Below, piece after piece: positions 37,801-53,009 of a stretch of DNA of 64,000 nucleotides (the stretch's first letter is position 1; the number at the start of each line of letters is the position of its first letter). Position numbers and translations under genes: made by a program. The stretch comes from Haliotis cracherodii (Eukaryota). The stretch lies in the NCBI RefSeq assembly GCF_022045235.1, contig NW_027266271.1:4836001-4900000 (forward strand), given 5' to 3'. The notes below the pieces were generated by a model. The model did not search any database. It saw only the letters and a program-made list of their open reading frames with translations, and had not been told where the DNA came from.

Positions 37801-40027
37801 CACCAACACACACTTCAGACGCCTTTTATACCTCAGACCCACACCAACACAAACTTCAGACACCTTTTATACCTCACCTTGACACCGACACACACTTCAG
37901 TCATCTTTTATTCCTCGACCTCACACCAGCACACACTTCAGACGCCTTTTATACCTCAGACCCACACCAACATACACCTGAAACACCTCTTATACCTCAA
38001 CCCGACACCAACACACAGTTCAGATACCTTTTATTCCTCGACCTGACACCAACACACACTTCAGACACCTTTTATACCTCGACCTTCACCAAAAAACACT
38101 TGAAACACCTTTTACACCTCACTCCGACACCGACACACACATGAAACATCTCGAATACTACACCCCGACACCAACACATCAGATACCTTTTATTCCTCGA
38201 CCTTACACAAATACACAGTTCAGACACCTTTTGTACCTCAGGCCCACACCAACATACACCTGAAACACCTCTTATACCTCACCCCCACACCGACACACAG
38301 TTCAGATACCTTTTATTCCTCGACCTGACACCAACACACACCTTAGACAACTTTTATACCTCAGACCCTCACAAACACACACTTCAAACGTCTTTTATAC
38401 CACGACCCGATGACAACACAATCTTGACACACCTCTAATACCTCAACCCGACACAGAAACACAAGTGAAACACCTCTTATATCTAACCCCAACATCAACA
38501 AACACTTCCGATACCTCTTATTCCTCGACCTGACACCAACACTCACTTCAGACACCTTTTATACCTTACCTCGACACCGACACACACTTAAGAAGCCTTT
38601 GATATATCATCTCGACACCAACACACACTTCACACACCTCTTTTACCTCACCTCGACACCGAGACATACTTGGCACACCTCAGTTATCTCAACCCGACAC
38701 CTCCACACACTTGAAACACCTCCAATACTTCACCCCGACTCCAACACACAGATACCTTTTATACCTCACATAGACACCAACGCACACTTCAGACACCTTT
38801 TATACCTCACCCCGACACCGACACATAGTTAAGAAGCCTTTGATATATCATCTCGACACTGACACACGCTTCACACACCTCTTTTACCTCACCTCGACAC
38901 CGAGACATACTTGACACACCTCAGTTATCTCAACCCGACACCGACACACTTGAAAGACCTCTTATACCTCAACCCGACACCTCCACACACTTGAAACACC
39001 TCCACTACTTCACCCCGACACCAACACACAGATACCTTTTATACCTCACCTCGACACCAACACACACTTCAGACACCTTTTATACCTCACCTCGACACCA
39101 ACACACACTTCAGACACCTTTTATACCACACTTCGACACTGACACACACTTCAGTCACCTTGTATTCCTCGACCTCACACCAACACACACTTCAGACACC
39201 TTGTATACCTCAGAACCACACCAACACACTCTTCAGACACCTTTTATACCTCACCTCGACACCGACACACACTTCAGACACCTTGTATACCTCAGAACCA
39301 CACCAACACACACTTCAGACACCTTTTATACCTCACCTCGACACCGACACACACTTCAGACGCCTTGTATACCTCAGAACCACACCAACACACTCTTCAG
39401 ACACCTACTTATACCTCACCTCGACACCGACACACACTTCAGTCACCTTTTATTCCTCGACGTCACACCAACACACACTTCAGACACCTTTTATACCTCA
39501 GACCCACACCAACACACACTTCAGACACCTTTTATACCTCACCTCGACACCAACACACACTTCAGACGCCTTGTATACCTCAGAACCACACCAACACACT
39601 CTTCAGACACCTTTTATACCTCACCTCGACACCGAGACACACTTCAGTCACCTTTTATTCCTCGCCCTCACACGAACACACACTTCAGACACCTTTTATA
39701 CCTCAGACCCACACCAACATACACCTGAAACACCTGTTATTCCTCACCCCGACACCAACGCAAAGTTCAAACACCTTTTATTCCACGACCTGACACCAAC
39801 ACACACTTCAGACAACTTTTATACCTCACACCGACACCAACACACACTTCAGACACCTTTTATACCTCACCCCGACACCAATACACTTGAAACACCTCTT
39901 GTACCTCACCCCGACACCAACACACACTTCAGACACCTTATATACCTCACCCCGACACCAAAACACACTTCAGGCATCTTTTATACCTCAACCCGACACC
40001 GACACACTTGAAACATCTCTTATACCT

Positions 40028-43000
40028 GTCGTGTTGTGTTATGACAAATGAAGGCATGAAAAAGGTATTTTCTAAACCCCCTTTGGGTCTTTAACCTGTT
40101 TCATATGATTTATTACATTGTCTTGTTTTCTGACATTTTCACTAATTATGGATTTTATGCTACTTTACTTTGTTCGAAGCCAGAGACCGAACATTCGTTA
40201 TTTTGTTTGCCATACAAGTGCTAAGGACAAGTTTTTTTCTGTATGGAAAGGGGTTAAATTGCAGCGTTAGAAATTGGCACTGGTCCTGTGGTCCTTGCCA
40301 GACTGCCCAATGGTGAAGGTATCCTAGGGGCTAGTGGAGATTGGCCCATTTTAGGGGTTTTGCTGTGTGTAATCATCGTAGGGACTGCTGGACAAAAACT
40401 GTTAGTTTCTAACCCTGAATTTGAAGATAAATTCGAAAACAGTAAAGTGTAATTTGTTTGTATGAATCCGATTCTCTAGACATGACCAATCTGCATATAC
40501 CATGTTAAGATTTAGTAAAAGAAAACCGGCAGTGTTGAATTATGTTTGTACATTTCTGTTGTTGACATTTGTAGAGGGCTTGCAGAAAAAAGTAAAAGAC
40601 TTGAAATTATGAAAATTTGGCGCAAAAAGAAGTATTCTGTAATATGTCTCCAAGATATTCACATTTCTGATAGAGATAAAGACATATTTAGAAACGATGC
40701 GGGACTTAATTGCATCATAGCTCCTTTTACAAGAAACTCTAGAGGAGTAGCTATTTTATTTAATAATAACACTGAAATCAAAATTCATAAAAGTTATATT
40801 GATAATAAGGGGAACTCTATTATATCAGATCTAACTATTGATGGGATTAAAATGACATTGACTAACCTTTATGGCCCAAATAAAGATGATCCTTCATTTT
40901 ATATAAAAATATTTGAATTAATTGAAGAATTGGGAAACGAATCAATGATTTTATGTGGTGATTGGAACCTGGTATTAAATCCATTTGTAGATCTAGAAAA
41001 TTATAAACATATCAATAACCCTTGTGCAAGAAAGATTATTACAGAGAAAATAGAGCGACTTGATTTAGTAGATATTTGGCGAGAACAAAACCCTGACAGC
41101 AGAAAATTTACATGGTGGAAAAGAAACCCAAACCAACAGGATAGATTAGACTATTTTCTTATTTCACAGAATTTGCATATCCTCTCATGTGATACGGCTA
41201 TTATGACAGGGTATAAATCTGACCACTCCCCAATAACATTTTCATTTTCGAACGCTTTAAGTAAAGAGAGGGGGAGCGGATATTGGAAATTTAACACCTC
41301 ACTATTGCAAAAAGAAGAGTATAGTAAGATAGTCAAGGAGACTCTTAAAGAAACATTACATGAGTATGCTGATAGCAAATATACTGAAGAGGAAATTGAT
41401 TCTCATATTAAAAATTCAACATTGCAACTAACAAATTCTAACTGTCTTTTTCTGGAAACTTTCTTAATAAAGCTAAGAGGTAAAACTATCTCTTTCTCTT
41501 CCTTTTTAAAGAAAGATAAGAACAAGAAACTAAAAGACTTGGAAGAAAATATTAGGGTTCTGGAAGATGAAATAAGAAATGATTTCCAAAATGTAGATGA
41601 AAAAATATTTTCCGATTTATCAACAATGAAAAAACAGTTAGAAAAATACCATGAAGAGGAGGTAAAAGGATCCCTAATTAGGAAAAGAATAACCTGGTAT
41701 AAAGAAGGAGAGAAACCTACAAGTTATTTCTGCCACATTGAAAATAGACATTATACCACTAAACTAATTAATAGCATTAAAACAGAAAAGGGTGAAATTA
41801 TTACAGATCGTAAAACAATCTTGGATGACTTAAAGGATTTTTAGTCTAAACTCTATAAACAGACCTACAAAAATAATAATTTTAATAATAACCTGTTAGA
41901 AGAAATCAACACAGCAAAAATTAATGCAAAAGAATATCATGACCTAGAAAAAGATCTCTCAAAATTAGTCTTATCTATGAAAAATGATAAAAGTCCAGGA
42001 ATAGACGGTTACCCTATTGAGTTTTTCAATTTTTTCTGGAATGATTTAGGAGAATGAATATTTAGATTCATACAGGAAACCTTTGATGACAACTCATTAT
42101 CATGTACAATGAACAGGGGAGTTATCACCTGTCTTCCAAAACCAAACAAAGACAGAAAATTGTTAAAAAACTGGCGCCCAATCTCATTACTAAACGCTTT
42201 ATATAAATTTATCAGCTCATGTGTTGCTAATAGAATTTAAAAAACCTTAAATACAATCATACACCATAACCAAACAGGATTTATTCCAGGTAGATGTATA
42301 AGTGAAAACACTAGGAAGCTCTATGATATTATCTTTGAAACTAAAAGACTTAACAAACCTGGCCTACTCCTATTAATAGATTTTGAAAAGGCTTTTGATA
42401 CAATTTCTAAACCTTTTATAATACAAGTAATGACAAAATTTGGTTTTAGACCGAATATCATTAAATGTGTAGGTATTTTGACTTCAAATACCACTGCATC
42501 TGTTATTCAAAATGGACATCTATCATCATTTTTTAGGCTTGAGAGGGGATGTAGACAAGGAGATCCAATTTCACCCTATTTATTTATTATCGCTGTAGAA
42601 ATTCTAGGTATTATGATAAGAACAAATCCAGATATAAAAGGTATAAGACTTAACGATAAGGAAAGTAAACTAGGTCAGTATGCAGACGATGCTCAATTAT
42701 TTCTATATGGATCTGAAAAAAAGCCCTAATACTTCAATGGATACCCTCAACAAATTCTATCAAATGTCAGGACTTAAAATAAATGTAGAAAAAACAAAAG
42801 CAATTTGGATAGGATCATTGTCTGAAAGTAATCTAGTTTTAGCACAAGACTTTAAACTTGATTGGCATAAGGGAGATTTTGAAATTTTAGGGATAACTTT
42901 AAATGCATCATTGAACGACCTTTGGGTAATCAATACTAGAAAAAGACTAGAACATATTAATAGACTACTAGCTAATTAGCTATATCAACTCTGGTACATA

Positions 43001-44398
43001 TCTTCTCTGCTCTACCCAATCCACCTAAAGATTTTATTACCGACCTAAACACATTAATTTTTAGATTCCTTTGGAATAACAAAAACGACAAAATTAAGAG
43101 ATCAACTATTGGTAGAAATTATGAAGATGGAGGTCTAAGGGTGATAGATATTGAATGTTTTATTAGTGCTCTCAAACTATCCTCATTACAAAAGTATATA
43201 AAAAAGCATGAAGATTCTACAAAAATCATTCCTTTAAAACACCTTTTCAAACTTGGTTCTAATGCTGTAGAATGTAGAATCTAAACATGACAACCCTTAT
43301 TGGAGAGATGTATTGTCTGCTTGGAAGATATTTTACCAAAAAATGAGTTTGTATGAATATGATTTAGACCACATTCTGATCAACCACTCTGGCTGAATCA
43401 TTTATTTAAATCATCTTATATTATAAAAAACTGGTTTAATTAAGGTGTCCAGAGTGTTAGAGACCTTTGCGACAACAACGGTTTTCTTAGTTTTGAAAAT
43501 TTCAAACAAAAATATAAGATCTGGGGAACTTTTCTAGACTTTTCAAAAATTATTGAACAATATTCCAAAGAGTTGGAGATTTCAAATCAGAGACAAAACC
43601 CTTGATGTTAATGTAGTTCAGCTGAACAATATATGTAAACACTTTTTAATAACGTTAAAAAATCAAGGACTTTTTATGATGAACTCATTCGGAATGATGC
43701 TGTACCGAAATCATTAGAACACTGGAATACGGTTTTTCCTCAAGGTTTGGATTGGAAAGATATACTTCTGTGTTATAGAAAATGCACGCGCGATTGTAAA
43801 CTTTTAGATTTTCAATATTGATTTATAAACAGAATAATTTACACTAAGAAAGAATTATTCAAGATGAAACTTGTCGATGAAGATATTTGTACTTTGTGTA
43901 AAACTGCTTCTGAAGATATGTCTCATGTATATTTCGATTGCCAATCTGTTCAACAATTTTGGCTTAAAGTTGAAAACTTCCTGAATAAACAACCTGCAAA
44001 CAAATTTTATCCTTTCGAAACTTAATATCTTTTTTGGTATTTCCACTCAAAACCGTGTAACAAATCATATTATTATACTAGCAAAACGATTCATCTACAT
44101 ATCAAACATAAAACAACAAGATTTATCTTTCGAGCAATTTCTTTCACTACTAAAAGACACAATTTGTTTGGAATTTTTATCGCTAAAAAAAATAATCAAC
44201 TTTACCAATATGCTCAGAAATGGCAAAACTTACATCTCATAATCTAACGAAGCAGTAGAAACATACTACCTGTTAATTAGTAATCATCTATTTCTTGTAA
44301 ACAAATATTTATAATCTCCCTCTCAGTTTGAGAAGACGACATATCCTACACAACCTGCCTGTCCTCACCTATGAAAACTATAACTTGTGTTGATACTG

Positions 44399-44448
<50 letters not shown>

Positions 44449-44511
44449 GTTAATAGCTACACTTGTAACCATATACATGAAATGGAATAATAAAAAAAAA
44501 AGATAAAAAAA
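40028..44511 (+). mobile_element. L1/Tx1-clade non-LTR retrotransposon, 5'-truncated (no ORF1), inserted in the 41-bp satellite
   Basis: Whole ORF2 domain order, 3' UTR with (AT)n at 44400-44445, AATAAA at 44489 and A-rich tail. Possible TSD TTATACCT at 40020-40027 and 44521-44528. Confidence 0.93.
40546..44247 (+). pseudogene. Disrupted LINE ORF2: APE endonuclease, reverse transcriptase, C-terminal zinc knuckle
   Basis: CRGL, CLQDIH, NLYGPN, CGDWN, RLDYFL, SDHSP (APE); KSPGIDG, KNWRPISLLN, IDFEKAFD, RGCRQGDPISPYLF, QYADD (RT); CTLC...HVYFDC. Stops (e.g. 41842) and frameshifts. Confidence 0.95.
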
Positions 44512-44520
44512 CCTAAACCT

Positions 44521-47500
44521 TTATACCTCAAACTCTCACCAACACACACTTCAAACACCTTTTATACCTCACCCCGACACCAACACAAACTTCAGACACC
44601 TTTTATACCTCACCCCGACACCAACACAAACTTCAGACACCTTTCATACCTCACCCCGACACCAATGCACTTGAAACACCTGTTATACCTCACCCCGACA
44701 CCAACACACACTTCAGACACCTTATATACCTCACCCCGACACCAAAACACATTTCAGACATCTTTTATACCTCACACCGGCACCAACACACACTTGAAAC
44801 ACCTCTTATACCTCAACCCGAGGCCAACAAACTCTTTAGACACCTTTAATAGCTCAACCCGACACCAACACACACTTCAGATACCTTTTATTCCTCGACC
44901 TGACACCAACACACTCTTCAGACACCTTTTATACCTCAACCCGACACCGACAGACACTTGAAACATCTCTTATGCCTCACACCGACACCAACACACACTT
45001 GAAACACCTCTTATACCTCACCCCGACACCAACACACTCTTTAGACACCTTTAATACCTCACCCCGACACCAACGCACACTTCAGACAACTTTTATACCT
45101 CACCCCGACACCAACACACATTTCAGATACCTTTTATTCCTCGACCTGGCACCAACACACTCTTCCGACACCTTTTATACCTCACCCCGACACCAACACA
45201 CACTTGAAACACCTTTTATACCTCACACCGACACCAACACACTCTTCAGACACCTTTTATACCTCACCCCGACACCAACACACACTTGAAACACCTCTAA
45301 CACCTCACCCCGACACCAACACACACTTCAGACACCTTTTATACCTCACACCGACACCGACACTCTTGAAACACCTCTAATACCTCCCCCCGACACAAAC
45401 AAACTCTTCAGACACCTTTTATACCTCACCCCGATACCAACAAACTCTTCAGACACCTTTTATACCTCACACCGACACCAAGAAGCACTTGAAACACCTC
45501 TTATACCTCAACCCGACACCAACAAACTCTTTAGACACCTTTAAAACCTCACCCCCAAACCAACACACACTTCAGACACCATTTATACCTCAACTCCACA
45601 CCAACACACACTTCAGACATCTTTTATACCTCACACCGGCACCAACACACACTTGAAACACCTCTTATACCTCAACCCGACGCCAACACACACTTCAGAC
45701 ACCTTTAATAGCTCAACCCGACACCAACACACACTTCAGATACCTTTTATTCCTCGACCTGACACCAACACACACTTGAAACACCTCTTATACCTCACAC
45801 CGACACCAACACACACTTGAAACACCTCTTATACCTCACCCCGACACCAACACAGTCTTTAGACACCTTTAATACCTCGACCTGGCACCAACGCACACTT
45901 CAGACAACTTTTATACCTCACCCCGACACCAACACACTTGAAACACCTCACATACCTCACCCCGACACCAACACACACTTGAAACACCTCTAACACCTCA
46001 CCCCGACACCAACACACACTTCATACACCTTTTATACCTCACACCGACACCAACACACACTTCAGACACCTCTGATACCTCAACTCGACACCGACAGACT
46101 TGAAACACCTCCTATACCTCACCCCGACACCAACACACTATTCAGACACCTTTTATACCTCACACCGACACCAAGATGCACTTGAAACACCTCTTATACC
46201 TCACCCGGACACCAACAAACTCTTTAGACACCTTTAATACCTCACCCCTAAACCAACACACACTTCAGACACCATTTATACCTCAACTCGACACCAACAC
46301 ACACTTCAGACATCTTTTATACCTCGACCTGACACCAACACACTCTTCAGACACCTTTTATACCTCAACCCGACACCGACAGACACTTGAAACATCTCTT
46401 ATACCTCACACCGACACCAACACACACTGGAAACACCTCTTATACCTCACACCGACACCAAGACACGCTTAAGACACCTCTTATACATCACCCCGACACC
46501 AACACACACTTGAAACACCTCTTATACCTAACCCCGACACCAACACACTCTTTAGACACCTTTAATACCTCACCCCGACACCAACGCACACTTCAGACAA
46601 CTTTTATACCTCACCCGACACCAACACACACTTCAGACATCTTTTATACCTCACCCCGACACCAACACACACTTCAGATACCTTTTATTCCTCGACCTGG
46701 CACCAACACACTCTTCAGACACCTTTTATACCTCAACCCGACACCGACAGACACTTGAAACACCTCTTATACCTCACACCTACACCAACACACACTGGAA
46801 ACACCTCTAATACCTCAACCTGACACCAAGACACTCTTCAGACGCCTTTTATACCTCACACCGACACCAAGACACGCTTGAGACACCTCTTATACCTCAC
46901 ACCGACACCAACACACACTTGAAACACCTCTTATACCTAATCCCGACACCAACACACTCTTCAGACACCTTTTATACCCCACCCCGACAACAACACAAAC
47001 TTCAGACATCTTTTATACCTCACCCCGACACCAACACACACTTGAAACACCTCTAACACCTCACCCCGACACCAACACACACTTCAGACACCATTTATAC
47101 CTCAACTCCACACCAACACACACTTCAGACATCTTTTATACCTCACACCGGCACCAACACACACTTGAAACACCTCTTATACCTCAACCCGAGGCCAACA
47201 CACTCTTTAGACACTTTTAATAGCTCAACCCGACACCAACACACACTTCAGATACCTTTTATTCCTCGACCTGACACCAACACACGCTTCAGACACCTTT
47301 TATACCTCAACCCGACACCGACAGACACTTGAAACACCTCTTATACCTCACACCGACACTAACACACACTGGAAACACCTCTTATACCTCAACCTGACAC
47401 CAAGACACTCTTCAGACGCCTTTTATACCTCACACCGACACCAAGGCACGCTTGAGACACCTCTTATACCTCACCCCGACACCAACACACACTTGAAACA

Positions 47501-49325
47501 CCTCTTATACCTAACCCCGACACCAACACACTCTTTAGACACCTTTAATACCTCGACCTGGCACCAACGCACACTTGAGACACCATTTATACCTCACCCC
47601 GACACCAACACACACTTCAGACACCTTTGATACCTCAACTCGACACCGACACACTTGAAACACCTCACATACCTGACCCCGACACCAACACACTATTCAG
47701 ACACCTTTTATACCTCACACCGACACCAAGATGCACTTGAAACACCTCTTATACCTCACCCCGACACCAACAAACTCTTTAGACACCTTTAATACCTCAC
47801 CCCGACACCAACACACACTTCAGACACCATTTATACCTCAACTCGACAGCAACACACACTTCACACATCTTTTATACCTCACACCGGCACCAACACACAC
47901 TTGAAACACCTCTTATACCTCAACCTGACACCAAGACACTCTTCAGACGCCTTTTATGCCTCACACCGACACCAAGACACGCTTGAGACACCTCTTCTAC
48001 CTCACCCCGACAACAACACACACTTGAAACACCTCTTATACCTAACCCCGACACCAACACACTCTTTAGCCCCCTTTATACCTCACCCCGACACCAACGC
48101 ACACTTCAGACAACTTTTATACCTCACCCCGACACCAACACACACTTCAGACATCTTTTACACCTCACCCCGACACCAACACACACTTCAGATACCTTTT
48201 ATTCCTCGACCTTAGCCAGCACACTCTTCCGACACCTTTTGTACCTCACACCGACACCAACGCACTCTTCAGACACCTTTTCTACCTCACCCCGACACCA
48301 ACACACTTGAAACACCTCACATACCTCACACCGACACCAACACACACTGGAAACACCTCTTATACCTCAACCTGACACCAACACACTCTTCCGACACCTT
48401 TTATACCTCAACCCGACACCAACACACACTTCACTAACATCTTCTATCTCATTTCGAAACTGAAACACCTCTAACACCTCACCCCCACACCGTCACACAC
48501 CTCACATACATCTTATATCTCATGTCGACACTGAAACACACACCTCACATACATCTTATATCTCATTTCGACACTGAAACACACACTGCACATACATCTT
48601 ATATCTCATGTCGACACTGACGAATACTTCACACACTTCTTATTCCTCACCCCCACACCGTCACACACCTCAAATACATCTTATATCTCATGTCGACACT
48701 GACGAATACTTCACACACTTCTTATTCCTCACCCCCACACCGTCACACACCTCAAATACATCTTATATCTCATGTCGACACTGACGAATACTTCACACAC
48801 TTCTTATTCCTCACCCCCACACCGTCACACACCTCAAATACATCTTATATCTCATGTCGACACTGACGAATACTTCACACACTTCTTATACTTCACCTCG
48901 ACACCGTCACACACCTCACATACATCTTATATCTCATTTCGACACTGAAACACACACTGCACATACATCTGATATCTCATTTCGACACTGAAACAAACAC
49001 CTCACATACATCTTATATCTCATGTCGAGATTGAAACACACACTTAACATACATCTTATACCTCATTTCGACACTGAAACACCTTTAAAACTTCACCCTG
49101 ACACCGACACACACTTCAGACACATCTTATACGTCATTGCGACACTGAAACACCTCCGATACATAACCCCGACACCTACACATATTTCAAACACCTCTTA
49201 TACCTTGTCCTGACACCGACACCAGCTTGGCCAACCTCTTTTTCATCACCCCGACACCGACACTCACTTCAGACACCTTTGTTACATCACGCCACTGCCG
49301 TAACCAACTTCGCACACCTCTTAAA
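44521..49325. repeat. 41-bp C/A-rich satellite, right block, with an 82-bp dimeric higher-order repeat at ~48595-48920
   Basis: TTTATACCT at 44561 and 44602; four near-identical 82-bp dimers containing CTGACGAATAC. Confidence 0.95.
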
Positions 49326-49796
49326 CATAATCATTGTACCTTGTTGTATTGCTTGGTATGAAGTGTTGCAACTTATTACTGGAAGAACGCATTCTGTATG
49401 GTGAACCCACATTATTACTTTCTGTCATAATGGTAATGCCATCGTTTGCTTTTTTCACAAAGTATTGATACTCAAATCGCAACCAGTTTCACAAGAATTG
49501 ATTGCTCGCGGAATTTGACTTTCAAAACATCAAACGGTTAAAAGAGCTTGGATTGGTATTTTTTACAAACTAGCCAAGTAAATGCACAGAATTTGATAAG
49601 GTTAACGTCACACAGTGGGTTTTAGACGTCGTTTAACATCTTACTTCATAAATTACAGTTTTCATTTAGAGAGACAAATTTACGAGCTCTGTTCGCTCAT
49701 CACTTACGCAATCGTATCATATTAAATTGCACGTCCCTAGCGCTAATAGAGCGCAATGTTTATGAGATGTGAGAGAGGCTGTATTTGAAAGTAACC

Positions 49797-49824
<28 letters not shown>
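49797..49824. repeat. (GT)n microsatellite
   Basis: Direct read. Confidence 0.97.
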
Positions 49825-49827
<3 letters not shown>

Positions 49828-50488
49828 ACAGTGAGACTGGGTGCAGGAAGGCAGGCGGGGGACAGCGTGATTACAACCTGCCACTGCGCAGCTAGCCGAT
49901 ACACACAGTAAACATCTGTCACCAGCCGTGTGGGATTTACCTAAACACCGCCTGCCGCATTCGCCCCACCAATTACTGCCTCACATATTAGCAGTATAGG
50001 GGTGTTCTGTCAAACCGTTTCTTCTGTGTATTTCGACACACATAAACATACATAATTATATAGATAAGACGCGGATTGGGAGCAGTGGACTATCTCACGC
50101 CGTCAGATGTTATAATTGTTTTCTTGATGACCTAGAAACACGCACTATACATTCTTGCAGACAAGGTATAGCACCATCAACCTGATCCACCCGTTTGTAG
50201 CAGACATTACCCCGACGACGGTCAACAATGCAGGCATGCAAGATGTTATAGGTACAACAATGGCTCAACAGGGTCTGCGCACACATGGAGACGAGCAGTA
50301 CTAGTGTATCAGGCAAAGTTGACCAAGTGCAGGACGAACACTGTAGTTTTAAAAAAGATGTTTCATGATATTACCAATATACCTCCGCTAGTTCGGATTA
50401 GAGTTGCCTCCCTTACACTACAAGACCCCACCCCCCACCCCTGACATTTAGACACTCGCGAACAACGTTTCTTCAGCTTTCTGTTCTG

Positions 50489-50668
50489 TCAGAATATCGG
50501 CTGTCTGTAAGTGACATTAGAGTATCGGGCGTCTGTAAGTGGCAACAGAATATCGGCCGTCTGTAAGTGGCATCAGAATATCGGCCGTCTGTAAGTGGCA
50601 TCAGAATATCGGCCGTCTGTAAGTGGCATCAGAATATCGGCCGTCTGTAAGTGGCATCAGAATATCGG
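50489..50668. repeat. 28-bp minisatellite (TCAGAATATCGGCCGTCTGTAAGTGGCA), about 6.5 copies
   Basis: TCAGAAT at 50601 and 50629. Confidence 0.95.
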
Positions 50669-50704
50669 CGCCGCCTTAGACGACTGGGCCACCCTTGCCC
50701 CCAC

Positions 50705-52970
50705 ACTCAAGGTAGTGGTAATAGTCAAGGTAGTGGTAACACTCGTGGTAGCGGTAATACTAAAGGTAGTGGTAACACACAAGGTAGTGGTAATATTGAA
50801 GGTAGTTCTAACACTCGAGGTAGTGGTAATACTCAAGGTGGTGGTAACACTCGAGGTAGTGGTAATACTCAAAGTAGTGGTAACAGTCAAGGTAGAGGTA
50901 ATACTCGAGGTAGTGGTAATACTCAAAGTAGTGGTAACAGTCAAGGTAGAGGTAATACTCAAGGTAGTGGTAATACTCAAGGTATTGGTTATACTCAAAG
51001 GTAGTGGTAATACACAAGATAGTGGTCATACACATGGTAGTGGTAATACTCAAGGTACTGGTCATACACATGGTAGTGGTAATACTCAAGGTGGTGGTAA
51101 CAATCAAGGTAGTGGTAATACTGAAGGTAGTGGTATTACTCAAGGTAGTGGTATAACTCAAGGTAGTGGTCATACACAAGGTAGTGGTATAACTCAAGGT
51201 AGTGGTAGTTCTTAAGGTTGTGGTTACACTCAAGGTAGTGGTAATACTCAAGGTACTGGTAATACTCAAGGTACTGGTAATACTCAAGGTACTGGTAATA
51301 TTCAAGGTAGTGGTAATACACAAGGTTGTGGTATAACTCAAGGCTGTGGTTACACTCAAGGTAGTGGTATAACTCAAGGTAGTGGTAATACTCAAGGTAC
51401 TGGTAATACTCAAGGTACTGGTAATACTCAAGGTAGTGGTATAACTCAAGGTAGTGGTAATACTCAAGGTACTGGTAATACTCAAGGTACTGGTAATACT
51501 CAAGGTAGTGGTATAACTCAAGGTAGTGGTAATACTCAAGGTAGTGGTAATACACAAGGTAGTGGTAATACACAAGATAGTGGTCATACACAAGGTTGTG
51601 GTATAACTCAAGGCTGTGGTTACACTCAAGGTAGTGGTATAACTCAAGGTAGTGGTAATACTCAAGGTACTGGTAATACTCAAGGTACTGGTAATACTCA
51701 AGGTACTGGTAATATTCAAGGTAGTGGTAATACACAAAGTTGTGGTATAACTCAAGGTAGTGGTTACACTCAAGGTAGTTGTTACACTCAAGGTAGTGGT
51801 AATACACAAGGTAGTGTTAATACACAAGGTAGTGGTAGCTCTTAAGGTAGTGGTTACACTCAAGGTAGTGGTAATACACAAGATAGTGGTAATACTCAAG
51901 GTAGTGGTAATACTCAAGGTAGTGGTAATACTAAAGGTAGTGGTATAACTCAAGGTAGTGGTAATACACAAGGTAGTGGTTACACACAAGGTAGTGGTAT
52001 AACTCAAAGCTGTGGTTACACTCAAGGTAGTGGTAATACACAAGGTAGTGGTTACACTCAAGGTAAGTGGTATAACTCAAGGTAGTGGTAGCTCTTAAGG
52101 TAGTGGTTACACTCAAGGTAGTGGTAACACTCAAGGTAGTGGTAATACACAAGGTAGTGGTAATAAACAAGGTAGTGGTATAACCCAAGGCTGTGGTTAC
52201 ACTCAAGGTAGTGGTATTAGTCAAGGTAGTGGTTACACTCAAGGTATAGGTAACACTCAAGGTAGTGGTAATCCAAAAGGTATTGGTAATACACACGGCA
52301 GTGGTTACTCTCTAGATCGTGGTTATACTCAAGGTGGTTGTAATACACAAGCTAGTGGTAATACTCAAAGTAGAGGTAATACTCAAGGTAGTGGTAACAC
52401 TTGAGGAAGTTGTAATCCTCAAAGGAGTGGTAATACTCAAGGCACTGGTACTACTCAAGGTACTGGTAATATTCAAGGTAGTGGTAATATTGAAAGTAGT
52501 GGTAATACTGAAGGTAGTGGTAATACTGAAGGTAGTGGTAATACACAAGGTAGTGGTTATACTCAAGTTGGTGATTACACTCAGGGTAGCGGTAATAGGT
52601 AAGGTAGTGGTAATGCACAAGGTAGTGGTAATAGTCAAGGAAGTGGTAATACTGAAGGTGGTGGTTACACTCAAGTTAGCGGTAATACTGAATAATACTG
52701 AAGGTAGAAGTAATACTGAAGGTAGTGTCAATACTTAAGGTAGTGTTCATACTTAAGGTAGGGGTAATACTTAAGGTAGGGGTGATATTTAAGATAGAGG
52801 TAATTCTTAAGTTAGTGGCATTACTCAAGGTAGCGGTAATACGGAATGTATTTGAAATACTGAAAGTGGCGGTAATACTGAAGGTGTGGGTAATGTTGAT
52901 GGCAGGGGTAATTGTCAAGGTAATCGGTAATACATGAATTAATCGGAAATATGGAAGGTAGCGGTAATTG
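50705..52970. repeat. 18-bp minisatellite (ACTCAAGGTAGTGGTAAT), about 125 copies
   Basis: 6-aa periodic ORFs in several frames and on both strands; degenerate right edge. Confidence 0.96.
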
Positions 52971-53009
52971 TCACGGTATGTAGCTGTAACATGTGAGGTA
53001 GCAGCACCC

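Larger units (their letters stand above)
33290..40027. repeat. Large 41-bp C/A-rich satellite, left block (CTCACCCTGACACTGACACACACTACACACACTTCTTATAT grading to CACACACTTCAGACACCTTTTATACCTCACCCCGACACCAA)
   Basis: Continuous ~41-bp periodicity with changing subfamily; source of the His/Thr/Pro-rich ORFs. Confidence 0.95.

Noticed and set aside
36579-48215. His/Thr/Pro-rich ORFs in the satellite blocks flanking the LINE
   Set aside because: Translations of a 41-bp unit that is not a multiple of three; frames cycle.
50595-52937. (TQGSGN)n and (ITTTLS)n ORFs resembling Gly/Ser-rich shell-matrix, mucin or antifreeze proteins
   Set aside because: 18-bp satellite with frameshifts (~51000, ~52065), in-frame stops and no signal peptide or unique domain.
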